NCBI RefSeq assembly: GCF_024521635.1
Contig: NW_026250404.1
Coordinates: forward strand, 2,108,001-2,172,000
DNA: 64,000 bases
Reading direction: 5' to 3'
Source: Tricharina praecox
Taxonomy: Eukaryota
This document shows positions 49,307-63,035 of the stretch, one piece after another. Each line of letters opens with the position of its first letter. The first letter of the stretch is position 1. Position numbers and translations under genes: made by a program. Under the pieces are notes generated by a model. That model ran no database searches and had not been told where the DNA came from. It worked only from the letters and a program-made list of their open reading frames with translations.

Positions 49307-50131
49307 GCTGGTTGGTTGGTTGGGTGAGTGGAGAGAGTTTCTGAGTGGAGATGTGTGGACTTCGATGGAAGTCGAGTGCTGGTGAGTGCGGTGAGTGGCG
49401 ATGATCGTGATGATGCTGATGATGATGGAGAGGTGGGATCGTGACGGCGGCTGTGGATGGGTTAAATACGGAGCTGTAGCTATAGCTATGTAGCTGCTGA
49501 GCGCCCGCTGGTATCATCTGCTCCCCTCCTGTGGGCTGCGGTCGTGGCATCAGGCTCGCTCGCCTGGAGCAGTGTGGAGTGGAAAACATGTCATGATAGC
49601 TTTCAGTGGTGAGCTGTTGCGTGATACTTCAGTGTTTCGGCGGACTCCGGCACGACGGGGGATCGCTCGACGGTATGTAGGTGGGATGTATGAGGGAACA
49701 GGCGAGTTCTCATGCCACTCAGCACGCCGTGGGGTGTGGCTGTACCATAGAGTGGTAACTGGTTACGCGGATATTACTCGGATCGGCGTCTTTCGGAGCC
49801 GGACGTGGGGGCCGAGTGTTGGGTCGGAGTACTTCAGCCCTACATGGCCTGACAGAAAACCGATAACGCATGCAGTCAGTTATTTTCCCCCGCAGATGTC
49901 AGCGAGAGTTCGGCTGCGCCTACGAAGGTCGCTTCGGGACGGGAGGCCTGGAAGCTCTACTTCTAGCCATTGCGGGCCGAGTAGATTATTCCACACTCAC
50001 TCACTCACTCACAAACTGCGCACGATATCCAGAAAACTCACACGTTCATTTACATACATACATGCAATCCACCGTAATCCGTGTTCTAATTACATAGGTA
50101 CACACAACCCATTACATCTCGCAACCGATCA

Positions 50132-51318
50132 TTACACCAACACTGGCCATCCATCCACGTACTTGATCTCATTGAATCCCAAGTACTTATCCTCATCGAC
50201 GTAGCTAACCCTGGTGTCGACGTAGTGGTAGTAGAGGATATCCTTCTTCCCATCGACGAGCACGCCCTGGCCACCGGGCCCGTAGACCCAATCGTGGCTT
50301 CCAAAGACGACATCGCCTCCGCCGTTTTTCATATCCGTTCCGTTACGGTCAACGAACGGGCCAGTGACGGCCCTGCTCCTTCCGACCTTAATCTTGTACT
50401 CCGTGCCTTCGGCTGGCATGGAGGCGTTGAAGCCGCAGCAGATACCGGACGAGATCCAGAGGTAGAACCAGTCGCCGTGCTTGTGGACGAAGGGGCCCTC
50501 GACCGCCTGCGGGGCCACGGGGTCGAGCGCCAAGTGCGTCGCTACCGCGTCCGAGGCAATCGAGGTCATCGACTCCATCGGGAACGCCCAGATGTTCGAC
50601 CAGAAACTGCCGTATGAGAACGTCACCTCCTTCGTCTTCTTGTCGATGTACACGTTGGCGTCGATCGCGTTCGTGATGTTGTTGGGGCTGGGCGCGTCGG
50701 GGAACTGTGTCGGGTCGTAGGACCGGATCACCATGCCGTGGTCCGTCCAGCTGCCTGGAAGCAAAGTCTTGGAGGTGGCTACTCCGATGGCACTGTTTTG
50801 GCTGCCGAAGGTGCTGACGCTGTAGTAGCAGTAGTACATGCCTTTGTGCTCAATCACATCCGGAGCCTGCAAGACGTTGGTCAGTTCGATGTTGCCGGGG
50901 AATTGAGCAAGTGGGAGCTATGTACGAACCCAGAGGTCGTCACGACCGGTAAGCTCGATGATGCTTTGGGTGTCGATCACGCTGCCGAGGTGCTTCCAGG
51001 GACCGTTCAGTGTCGGCGAACGTGCAATGGCGATTCCCAAATGTGTGCTGAACGAGTAGTAGTACTTGCCCTTCTTAACGATCGAAGGGTCGTGGACGTG
51101 TACTGTGCCCCATCCCTCAGTATCACCGTAGACCTGCAATTGGCGGCGGTGTAAGCTTCACAACATCAGACACCACAGGAACAGAGGCGAAGACACACCT
51201 TGCTGGGCAGCGGCCACTTGCTGGGCGAGAAGACATCGTTCCCACCCTTTGGAGACGGCGCCGCCGAGACAGCCGACACGAGGATGAGCGAGGAGTACAG
51301 GATGTTGAGAAACCGCAT
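50132..51318 (-). CDS. Secreted GH43 endo-1,5-alpha-L-arabinanase; 3 exons
   Basis: Signal peptide MRFLNILYSSLILVSAVSA; motifs VHDPSI, DLW/APDV, YYSVSTFGSQNSAIGVATS, NAIDAN, YGSFW, VEG, SSGICC, YGPGGQGV, DGWPV. Confidence 0.93.
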
Positions 51319-54247
51319 ATTGAAGTCTGATTGATGAGCCGCTTGGAGGGAGGTACCGTGGATGTCCCTTCCAAACCCGGAGGACTTCCACGCCCTTTAT
51401 ATCAACAGCAGCTCGGAGCCCAGAAACCTGGATTGCGTCGGTTGAGGTCGACTCGATCCATGAACCATGGGAGGGGGATACCGTATGCAATCGAGAGAAT
51501 CGTATTCACCCGGCAACGTGTGCCCATGCAAATAGTGCAACGCGCGGTGATAGCCGTGATATTGCGGCTGGTGCCAGGTACTCCACCCTGTGGACATCAC
51601 CGTCGCGCGGGCGGGGCCCCGCCAAACGGTGTAATGCCTCCCTGTGAGTATTCCAAAGCTGGGGTAAGTCCAGATCACCGGTTGAATTCCAGCTTTCTCC
51701 CGCCTCTGGCGAGCTTGTGAGGGAGGGAGGGAGAGAGTGTGTGTCCGGGTCGGTGGGCTCCCAGGCGACTCCTATACCCGTAATGATGTTTTTACCCCCG
51801 GAACGGGGAATTCTTGGAGGTTCATGTGCCATGATACATACCATAGGAATCCGTTCGGCAAAGGGAGACTCGCACTAGGTGGGTACTTCGTTAGTCGGTT
51901 ACTCCACAATCCCGACTTTAACCCATCACCATCCATGGTAGCGACGTATGCTTGCGAACGTATATACATACAAACATGGAGTACTAGTACTCTCTACATA
52001 CCCGGGAGAAAAGGCTGATCATTGATGGGAAGGATCTTCAGGATAGTTATTTTTTCTTTGGTCTCGAGCAAGCAAGCGGGTTGGGTATGCATAACTTGGT
52101 GACTTTTTGTATGATGCAAACTTGTGTATGTTCATACCTAGGCTAAATTCCTCGCATAACAGCCGGGATGCACGCAGTACGCACGAAGTTGTGGGGAAAA
52201 ATTGTGGAGGTCGGAGTCGATCCACTCCGGGCTTCGGTGATATATTATTGCGGAGTGGTGTGTGTGTACCTCGGTAAATTTACTATACGCACGAACTGGA
52301 AGGCAGGTACCCGCGAACGTTGGACGGACGTTGAAGGTTGGGCGGGGGCCGGCGTGCTGTGCGGTAAGGTGCTGTGCCGCTCATGGGCGGTCATTTGGTG
52401 CTGTGAGTGGATGCGCCCCGAGTCAAGGCCTTCAACCAACTTCAAATGGGTATTATTAGGTCGCATCCAATAATCAATGGTCAAACGAAAACTAGCTATC
52501 CCCACGCGTCCTGAAGGCTGATTTCCCTCCCCGCGCTCCACGCTCCACGCACATAGTGACATGGGATGATGGATCATACCTAGGTTTTCCCGCCGACGTC
52601 CGACTCCGCGTTCCGTCCCCCACATCCCGCCCCTGCGAATACCCAGTTCCCTGACTTTCTTCTACTAAGACCTAGTATCTAGCGCCGGCAAAATCCATCG
52701 CGTATTTACAGTACAGTCGGTTATTGGAAGTTGAATTCGCTTGGCCAAACGATGAAGTTTCAAGGCTTGCGTGTGATAAGTGCAGTACCGGTACAGTACA
52801 GCTATATAGTTAGCGGTAGAAGCCGCCACGGCCAACTGCGTCCGAAGTTCGAACCTCTAGCCGAGTAGGTAGGTAACCGGTACTGTATGTAACTATCGTC
52901 TGCGGGCTCGTCAACGGGCTTGTCCAAACGTGTAGCCTGAAAGGCTGAAAGGCGGAGTTTCGGAGGTCGACGAATGCTGGAAGACGTTCTACTAAGCACC
53001 GTGGCCGTCTAGCACTAACTACCGTACTCTAGGTACTCTAGAGTATGGTAGGGAGCCGAAGCAACTAGGAGGAGGAGAAGCTCACAGCGTTGTCACTCCT
53101 AAGCGTACCGTACCCTTTTCTTTCTTTTGGACCTCTCGAGTCTCCACGTACACACATGCGGCAAGGTCAACTGATCGGATGGGATGGGGAATCGATACAT
53201 GAGTTTTAAATTCAAGCTGCACACGGCGTCGTGGGTTGGCCTGTCCACAACTGGAGCGGTTCCAGTCCTTCTCGAAGGTCGCCATGGTTTCCTTCAGCCG
53301 CGTAGGCCATAGAGACAGACGGAGGGTGGAGACATTCCCTCCTTGACTACATATTGTCGCAGTAGTCTCTTCAATACACCTACTATTTATACCAAACGTC
53401 CTCGCGAAGCTCACGTGCCGCATGTGCATGCGATTCAATTCCGCAATGAGAACCCAACCTTGAGTATAGTTATCTAAAGCGTGGTGTTGGAAGGCTAATT
53501 GAGAGTTATTCTCGCTATCCCGGGGAATCGGATATTTACGGACAGGCAAACCTTCCAGTCAAAGCTCCCTACCTATGTTTAGATACTCTCAGTCGACTCG
53601 GGCCGCGTGAAAGGTTAGCACGCACCACGCAACATATGCAACTTAGGATGATCGAATGGAGTACCTATAAATTATGCATAAAATCCATGTGATTTGAATT
53701 ATGAGCTCGCCTCGAAACGACCGCTCCCGCTATGAGCCTATTATCACTCAGAATTTCAGGCAATGTTGAATGTTTGGATCAAATCATCCAAGACTTACAT
53801 ACATACCATGAAGGCCCAGGCCACATTGAAGCCATGATGTATCTCTGGGTAGGTAAACCCGGTAGGGTGGGTTCGTCAAAGCATGGACGTCGCTTGTATG
53901 TACATAGGCCGACCTTGCTGTGGGTAAGTAACAAGTTGAAGCGTAGGGGGTGTTGTCGGCGAGAGGAGGAGCCGTCGCTTTGATACTGACATACTGTTGA
54001 TAATTCAGCGGAGAGCCGAACGAGCCAGCCAGAAATTACGAATGCTAACGACCAACCCGTCTACTACCTACTCGAGAGAGTATAAACGGTTATGAGCGAG
54101 CTTTAATCCCAATCGCCACAAACCGACAAACCAATACGGCGTCTCCTTGCAGTCCGTACAGAGGAATCATGAGAGCCATCTTCGATTCTTCGTCCCCATT
54201 ACGGCCGCTCACCGGTTGTATGCAGTATGACTAGGTCGCGTGTTAGC

Positions 54248-54860
54248 AATCGAGGCAAGAAACGTTCGGAACCTCCTTCAAAGAAGTTACTTACCCAGTT
54301 GAGTACTTTTTTTCCTCCAAAGAAAGGATGTAGCTGAGTGATGAGATAGGTAATGAAGTGAAGTGGTTGGTGAGGATAAATGACATGTCACTAAAGTACT
54401 TTTTCAAGACCAACCCACGCGGCACATGGCTTAATCGAGATCATTGAATACGGAGGTGAAAAGACTCAAGAGAGGGAAGTCGACATTGGAGCCTGGGGGG
54501 TGCCATTTAACTTCAACTAGGTAGTACCAGTAGGTAGATCTATAGTAGTGTTAGAAATCGAGACTCGAGGGAAGAAACGTTAGGATCATTCTTCAAAAGA
54601 AGTTGCCTACCTACCTAGGTACCTGGTAGTTGAGTACTTCTCCCCCCCCCCCCCCCCCCCCCCCCCCCCAAGAAACAATGTTGCCGAGTGTTGAGATGGT
54701 GAAGTGAAGTGGTTCGTGAGGATGAATGACATGTCAGTTTCACCACAGTTACGAACTTCCAAGACCAACACACACGGCACGTGGCTTGATCATAAAAAGA
54801 GAGGGAAATCGGCATTAATAGTTGGAGCTTGGGGGTGCCATTCAGCTTTATCATTCAATA
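54248..54860. repeat. Diverged tandem duplication of a ~300 bp non-coding unit (~54248-54515 and ~54556-54860)
   Basis: Shared ordered blocks aagaaacgtt.gga, cttcaaa.gaagtt, agttgagtactt, gaagtgaagtggtt.gtgaggat.aatgacatgtca, caagaccaac.cac.cggcac.tggctt.atc, tggagc.tgggggtgccatt. Copy 2 has a long poly-C run. Confidence 0.85.
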
Positions 54861-57800
54861 CGGCTTCAAGCACCAATAGATGCCAAGTTACCAACTAACT
54901 ATTCCTCGTGCTCCAACTTCCAAGTCATACGCCCGAAACGAGTCAGCCGATACGCTCAGTCGGTCAGACCTGCAAACCAACAGTGCAAACCGGCTATGGA
55001 AGGGCCCAAACTGAATAGGTAATTGGAAAAAAAAGATGATCACATGATATAGCTATGGACTTAGGGCATGCAGAAGAGAACTCGCCGGCGGGGCGGAAGA
55101 ACAGTACTAGTATTTATTTGCAGTGGAAGTTTCACAGACGCTCCAAAGCTTTAACCGTACCAGAGTGCAGACTGTGCAGTGAGTGACGGTGATCTATGAT
55201 GATCCGTTTGCACTCAAGATTCAGAGAACACGGTGCGTTCCAGTTCTGACAGATGACATAGCTGGAATTTTCAATTGACAACAAGTCTTGAAAGGCGCAA
55301 AGTTGACGTCAGTATCATACATACCTGGTTGAAAGTGAGTACTAAGCTTGCCCATCATCCACGCTTATGCTTCCATGTTTGTAGTGAAATTCAAGGCTAG
55401 CACCCGACCAGACTGAATTTGAATTGTTTACATGGATTGATAGATCATAGAACCGACAAAAGAACCAGTTTTTTGAAGAGCAACATAATCAAGGTGTGGC
55501 CGCAGCGTTGACTGTTGTCCGTGGAAGCCATTTGACTTCCATCCCGTCTGGTCCCGACTCCCGTCCGAACTTGACGTGGACTCTGAAGGAGAATAGGATC
55601 TGCACTATATATATTCTCATTCCCGGCGGTAGTGGCGCCGTGACGGTGGACACTGGCTGTGAAAACCGGAATGACTGGAAGTCGGGTGCTGGAGAGGTGA
55701 AGTGGACCCATGGGCCTGGGATACGCCCGATTATGCATCGGTGGCGGTGATGAGGCGTGTTCGGAGTGGACTGTGGGCCACACAGAAGGTGTTTCCGTGG
55801 CACTGGCAACTACTCTAGACGCGCCCGCGTGGCTTTCCACAGTGATGTACTCCACCTTACCGCGAGTAGACGCAAGGTTGCCGCCAGTCTCCGCGGGTAG
55901 GTAGTCTGCGGCGTCTAACAAACAGTACGCAAGCCATCACGTGCGAGGCGCTTTCCTGTCGATAGGTACTATTAGAGTTGGACGTCGGGAATGTATCGAT
56001 GACGACCGCAGGAATACTGGCACTGGCAGACGACGTATCAGCGCGTGTCGTCATCGGTATGCTACATATACCATGGCCTTTGGGAAATTGGGAGGGACTC
56101 GAGAGCCGAAATTCTGTATATTAGAGAACCTCCGCTCCGAACTTCGAAGAGGTTGCGCTGAAATTAAACATTATCAGTATTGTCGCATCGGTATCCTCTT
56201 TTATCTAACAGATACCGACTATCATCCGTAACCAAGCTCATGTCAACGTCCAAGCAGATGCAGCTCGACTGTCGATCCCATGCCGGGCGCGCGAACCCGC
56301 GCAGTGTGTGCACTGTTGTCGGCATCCGGGGTTGGCCCCTGGGCGGCAGCGATTCGATCTCGTCGCAGCATGGGGCTCCTCCTCCCTGCGGTGTGTGGTC
56401 CGGGTTGTTCGTGGCGGCTTTACTGCTTGCTTGCTGCTGCTGTCAGGGAGGGAGGAAGAAAAGCTTCGCAGCTAGGGGACGCCGACGTGGATGTGGCTTT
56501 CGAATCACAGAGAGAGCGAGACATCGAAGAGACGGGTCATGGCGGAGAGAGAGGTTGAAAATTGAATTCGACGGCGCAGGAGCTCGAGAGTCGAGCGAGC
56601 GAGTCGGAGCGACGCATGTTCCCTGCGGGTATAAATCGCTCATGCGCGATCGTGATTGATTGCTGCCGACCGTTCAGTTCGGTTCGGTTCAGAGGTCTCA
56701 CCAAAGGTCTTGATGACTGTTCTGCTATGCAACGACAGAGTGCACACCGTGCCGCCGACAAGGATCCGGCAGAGGGGAACGAACGCCACAGCAGCCCCGC
56801 TGTGCAACACGGCGCACGTCGACGTCCGGACCCGACAACCGGGCAGCCAGTGAAGTTGCGCGGCTGGCGCACGTTGGTCGCGGTGGCGATCACGACGGAT
56901 AGGCACCGGTAACTACCGTGGTCGGTCTCGCAGAGTCGGGGGTCTGAGATGAAGCACGGCGTCAGTGCTTCACGAGTTGAGGCGTCGCAGACAGAGGGGA
57001 GGGGGTATACTGTGAATGGTAGGATATTGGTGGATAGATACTACGGTAGATTGGGTGCCGCTCCTCCTCAAGGCCCAAATGACAGCTCGCATGACCTCTT
57101 GCTCTATGCGGGAGCGTGCATCGTGGAGAAGTTTCGGGGTGCATGGAGAATTCCTTTTTTGCGGCTTTTGCGGCGAGTTTTCTATGGTCGTGTGCATGGC
57201 TCGAGCCGATGTCGAGCCGCACCCCTCCTGCGACCAGACCAGCGGACTGTTGCGTCCCCCCGCCCCATCCCCACGGCCCTGAGAGCGAGATAAGTATCAT
57301 ATGGCTGCAGCTGACCGCCGCTGGAAGAGACATCGTGAGGTCGTGGACTCGTGGCGCTTTTTTCGCGCGTCCAGAGCAGAGCTTCTCTCCGGATGCCTGG
57401 AATACCTAACTAACTACCGGACGAAATTCAGCGATGGTCATCCTCATTCTTGTTCCGTTTTTTCCGATGTGATGCCGGTATCTCCTTCTATGTGCCGGAG
57501 CCAGGTGGCAGGTGGGCGTGGCCACTCGCTGCTGCTCGCCTGCAGAGAACGCTCGGACCAGCTGCGGTTTTTCGACGTCATGTCATCGATTTGCGCACCC
57601 GCCAGGGTTCTCAGCTACCTCCATTCAGCCAACACCAACGGCCAAGTCTGAGCCCGCTTCTGCTTTCTCCCCCCCCCCCCAGGCCGTACCTGCTACGAAC
57701 ACCTCCCAACCTCCATCCCCTCCTCCTCCTCCTCCTTCGTTTCCACTGTGTAGATACCCCGCCGCACCCTCCCCCACCCCGCTATATTTCGTTCCGATCT

Positions 57801-57984
57801 ATTTGTTACGCGTCTTCCTACTATACATCTCTTTCGCCTCCGTAATAGATTTTGTTCCTGCCTGCCTGCCTGCCACTGCACCCACTGTCTTCCTGCTGTC
57901 CTTCTTAGACTTGCATGGTGGCCATCTGAATCGGATCTTGTACGATAACCGTCATAGACAGAGCTGGCTGTGCTGGCCGTGCCC

Positions 57985-60329
57985 ATGATGTGGCTACCTC
58001 TCACCGCCATCACGCTGCTCGCCACGGCCGCCGTGTCCGCGGCCACCGTCCAGGACCAGACGCCGCTCGGCCTAAACACTACAGAGCAGCAGCAGAGGAC
58101 CCCCGAGGACGGTGTGCAGCGAAAACTACACGGGAGATTCTTACATATCACCGGTTCGTTGGAAGCTGTCCTTCCGTTTGTGCGCGGGCCGGAGGAGGAT
58201 ATATGCTGATTGCTCGCGTAGATATCCACCCCGACCTCAACTACAGAAAAGGATCTAGTCCCGAGTTCAAGTGCCACCATGCGAAGGGATCAGCCGGTAA
58301 ATGGGGAACTCCTATGTCCTCTTGCGATACGCCTTGGACACTGGTGAACGAGACGTTCAAATGGATCGACGAGAACCTAAAAGATGTATGGCGGCTACCC
58401 CGCCCCCCAGGATTACGCGACCCCATAGACTGAGGATGCTAACGGTTTTTGCCTGATCTAGCAAATCGATTTCGTCATCTGGACCGGAGACTCGGCGAGA
58501 CACGACAACGACATCAGGATCCCTCGTACCTCGGCGGAAATCTATGACCTCAACGAGAGGACCGTCAACAAGATGATCGACGTTTTCGGAACCAGTCCCG
58601 ACGCCGAGTACCCGCTTACGGTCCCGATCGTGCCCACACTCGGGAATAACGACATCTACCCGCACAACATCATGCAGGCCGGCCCGAGTGAGCTCACCAA
58701 GGAATACGTGGAACTGTGGAAACCGTTCATCCCCGAGGACCAGTACCACATCTTTCACAAGGGTGCATACTTTTGGCAGCAGGTTATCGCCGGGTCAAAC
58801 GGCAAGATGGGGCCCAGCAGTGAAGGCGGTCTGGTGGTCTTCTCGCTCAATACCTTGTATGTTTGCGTTGATTGTTTGGCGCGTTTGGGGGGGTACCTGC
58901 TGATTAGGTTCCAGGTACTTTTACAATTCCAACACCGCTGTGGACGGTTGCGACACGCCCTCGGAGCCCGGGTACGACCAGATGGAATGGTTGAATGTGC
59001 AGCTCGACTACATGAGGCAACGGGGGATGAAGGCCATCATTATTGGCCATGTGCCGCCCGCCTGGACCGATGCCAAGATGAACTGGGACGAATCGTGAGT
59101 TTTGCGATTCCCCACCATTAGATGCGAGACGCTGATTGTTTCCCAGTTGCTGGAGGAAGTACGTTCTTTGGTCCCGGCAATATCGAGATGTCATCGTCGC
59201 CCACTTGTACGGCCACATGAATCTCGACCACTTTATGTTACTCGACAGCGATACCCTGAAGCCGCCACACCTCGGACATGGGAAGGGGAAGGGGAAAGGG
59301 AAAGGGGGCGGAAACGGGAAAGGGAAGAGCCGGAAATCGAGCGCTTCAGCAGCCGATGTCTGTCCGGCGGTCAGAGAATTCAATCCCGAAGACGACCCGA
59401 ACCTTTCAATATCGTCCGCCGAAACCTACCTCAACTCGCTGCGCGAAGCATTTGCGGAGATGGTATCGACGAAAGAGATGAACGCGGCAGGAGCGGGCAG
59501 CAACAAACATCTCGGCGGAAAGTGGGGAGAGCGATATGTCATGACGCTTGTCAGCCCGTCCATCGTACCCAACTACTTCCCTACGTTGCGCGTCGTCGAA
59601 TACAACATCACCGGCTTGGTGGATGGCCAGGGTATCCGCAAGGTGGATGAGTCGAAGTCGTCGGGCAATGGCCACAAGATGCGCCCTTGGAGGAAGGACA
59701 AGAAACCGGACCCTCCAGCCCGCACCGCGCCGCCCGGACCCGCGTATTCGATGCAGCCATACACGCTCATTGGATACACGCAGTATTTCCTTAACCTCAC
59801 CAAATATAACCGCGCCCCCCAGCCCCCGCCGGCGGAGAAAGAACCGAGCGGTCTCGGGTCTTCGACCGAACTCAGAAAGCGCGATGATGGTGCCGAAGAG
59901 CAGCGGAAGGGAGGAAAGGCCACCCTCAAGTTTGAGGTGGAATATGACACCAGAACGGATAAGATCTACAAACTCAAGGACCTGACCGTCCGCAGCTACA
60001 TCAAGCTCGCCCGCAAGATCGTCGATGCTTCCAAGAAGAAGTCGAAGAAGGGGAAGTCGCTTGTCTCGGAGGAGGAGGAGGCGGAAGATGAGTCGGACCA
60101 CTCGGATGACGGCGATAGCTCTGATGACGATGCCAGTGCCGAAGATGACCAGGCAGACGCAAACAAGAACAAGAAGCACAAGAACAAGCACAAGAAGAAG
60201 AAGCATGGCAGAGCCGCTAAGGACAAGGTGTGGCATGCGTTCGTCAAGCGCGCGTTCGTTGGCACCATCGAGGACCAGGAATTGGAGAAGTATGGTGTCC
60301 AGAGAGCGGAGCGTGACGAGGCGTGTTAG
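57985..60329 (+). CDS. PPN1: Endopolyphosphatase (metallophosphoesterase); 5 exons
   Basis: RKLHGRFLHIT/DIHPD, CDTP..LVN.TF.WI, IWTGDSARHDND, PTLGNNDIYPHN, GHVPP, YGHMNLDHF, SPSIVPNYFPTLRVVEYNI, DLTVRSY..LA. Start could be 57985 or 57988. Confidence 0.95.
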
Positions 60330-61436
60330 TTTCCGTTGGGGTATTTTTTTCCTTCTTTCTTGCTCTTTCTTGCTCGTTTTTTCATGGGCTTCATGGGGGC
60401 TTCATAGGGGTTCGTATCTGCTTGTCTTGTCTTGTACTATGGCGCATGGGAGTTACTCTAGCGGGATCTGGTCGTTTCAACTTTCTGTCACATTTGGATT
60501 CGGATGGCGGCGGGGTTTTATGTGGTGGTGAGATGGTGGTGAGATGGTGGTGAGATGGTGGTGGTGAGGTGTGAGGGCGGTGAGGTGTGAGGGCGGTTGT
60601 GGATATGTATGCGTATCGATATCATGATGAGCTGATGTGGTGTATGAGGTGTATGGAATATATGAGTAATGTTTTCCACAAATATCGTGTCTTGCTACGT
60701 AGACACCAGTGGGTGAGGTGGGGGGTGGGGAAGGAGGTGGGGAAGGAGGTGGGGAAGTTGGAAGCGTGAAGACCCCCACAGTTGAGAAAAGCTCGTCGAA
60801 AGGATGGGGTTTGGAAGTAGGCACCGCCCGTCCGCACGTAGAATTCAAGTTTCGAATCACCATTGGTAAGCTGGATTAAGCAGCCATGTAGGCAGCCATA
60901 TCTGGAAGTCTGGAAGTAACTCCTGTAGGCTGTGAGAAATCCATCTAGGATATCACTCGGATCTAAAGTAGTAATACCTAGTTCACTGCTATAACTCGCT
61001 TTCGGGGTTTGACTTCGCGTTTGCCGGTATCGGAATCGTAATCGGGATCGGAATGGATATCGGAATGGATATGCGTGCTGCTGAGTGATGAATGCTAAGT
61101 GCTGGGGGGTTCGGTTGGACAGGGAGGTTGAAGCCGTGGAATCGAAAGAACGGCTGGGATGTGATGATCCGGGAGGAAGGGAGAGTAAGGGAGAGGAAGA
61201 AAGAGAGTGGAGAGAGTGTGTGCGGCCGAGATCCTGGCGGGATCTTGGCAGGATCTTTGCGGGACTCGAGTGTTTGCGCTGCGCTGCCGGGCTGCCCTCG
61301 GGTGAGTACTCGTGAAGTGATGGTCCGCTACCAAGATATTCTTATCTAATATTTAACTATAAAATAGTAATTGTGGAATGGTGGGAGACGGTCCGGTGGG
61401 CTGGGCAGTAGACAGCGGGAGGAGTCGTGGTCCACA

Positions 61437-62000
61437 CAATCCAAGACCAAATCTGTGAAAATCCGACACTGACACAGGAGGGAGGATTGGAAATCACGAA
61501 TCACGGGCTGTGAATGGTGCCTAGCTATGCACCCGGTGAGCACTTCCAAGTTCCTCCGGCTAATCGGCCAGATAGTACACGTGTGAGTGAGTGTGTGGGT
61601 GAGTGGGGGATCCAACTTTGAACTTTGAACTCCAACTCGAGCGCTGACTCTGAGCCGCGCAGGCACCATTACTTGCCAACAGTATGATACCTATACGTGA
61701 TGCTGAGGGCTTCAGCTGGACAGGAAGCCGTGGAATCCAAGACCCAATCCGTGAAACCCGATACTGGTACAGGAGGGAGGATTGGAAATCACGAAGCACG
61801 AGCTGTGGATGTTCGATATTTGTATTGCTGCCTGCGAATCCAGTGAGCACTTCCAAATTCCTCCGGCTAATCGGTCAGATACCCACCTACCAGTACCCGT
61901 GCCCGTGTGTGTGAGTGGGGGGGGAATCCAACTTTGAACTTTGAACTCGAGCGCCGACTCTGAGCCGCGCAGGCAGCGACCATTACAATTTACCAACAGT
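61437..62000. repeat. Tandem duplication of a ~250-300 bp non-coding unit (~61437-61685 and ~61733-62000)
   Basis: Shared aatccaagacc.aatc.gtgaaa.ccga.actg, acaggagggaggattggaaatcacgaa, gtgagcacttccaa.ttcctccggctaatcgg.cagata, atccaactttgaactttgaactc, gactctgagccgcgcaggca. Confidence 0.92.
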
Positions 62001-62973
62001 ATATACGTAGGCTTACCATTTACGTACTCCGTCCCCGCAATTCCGCCCAGTGTCTACCAAACATACGTCCATAGCAAATGGTAATCACATACATAGACCC
62101 ATTACTGCATTTAACGTTGAGAATTCCGATATCGGCCGGGAGTACTCTACTAACTATAGGTAGGGTGCAGACCGCTCATTGGAGATTCGGCGCAGAGATT
62201 CGGCGCAGATCACTCGGTCAACGAGTGAGAGGCAATGTCGTCCCGCAGGTCCGCGGGTCCGCAGGTGGGGAGGTCGGCAGTGCGCGCAGTGCAGCGACAA
62301 ACCTCAGCCCGCCCATCCAGCCGGAGTCGGTTCAAGGTATGTATGATCAGTGATATCTACACCGGATTGCACCGGACTTTTCGATTCCGGCCGAGCGGAG
62401 CTATCGGTAGAGTATGTACGACTGCGGAGGGGGTGCAGTCTTACATACAGGCCAGGGGGGAGGGTTATGTATTGCAGTTTGTATGTAGTGGGCAGTGGGG
62501 TCTGGCGAGCTTAGATTCTACTATATCTACCGGTACTCTTCATACTCTATGCACTGGCGGGATGGATTATGCTTACCGGTATGTAGGAGGTAATCTACAT
62601 ACATGCTTATTGCCCAAGAGCTTGGCTGCCGACTACCTACCTGGTAGTTGCATGTATTATCCCCGTCCGCCGAAGCGTCAAACGTCCACTCGCTGCCTAA
62701 GTAGAGTACCTAGAATGTAGGTACATAAAGAGATGAATCTTCTCTGCAGGACTCGCACATTCGCACAGTGGCACTCATGCATCTGCAGCCCTCCCTCCTC
62801 CCCCCTAACGCAATCCCCTGCGAGTACTTTGTTCGTCTTTGTTTTCGTTTCCTCGTTATTCACGTACCGCCCACCAAGAATCCAAGACTATAGCCAGATC
62901 CAATGCGCATACGGAGTGCAAATTATGTACCTACTGACAGCCCAGCTCGAGTGATCATCGTGACGCACCTCTC

Positions 62974-63035
62974 CCAATACCAATACCAATACCAATACCA
63001 ATACCAATACCAATACCAATACCAATACCAATACC
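62974..63035 (+). repeat. (CCAATA)n microsatellite
   Basis: Direct reading. Confidence 0.95.

Noticed and set aside
8027..60329. Secondary-metabolite or other functional gene cluster
   Set aside because: No PKS, NRPS or terpene backbone gene; the neighbours are functionally unrelated housekeeping genes.
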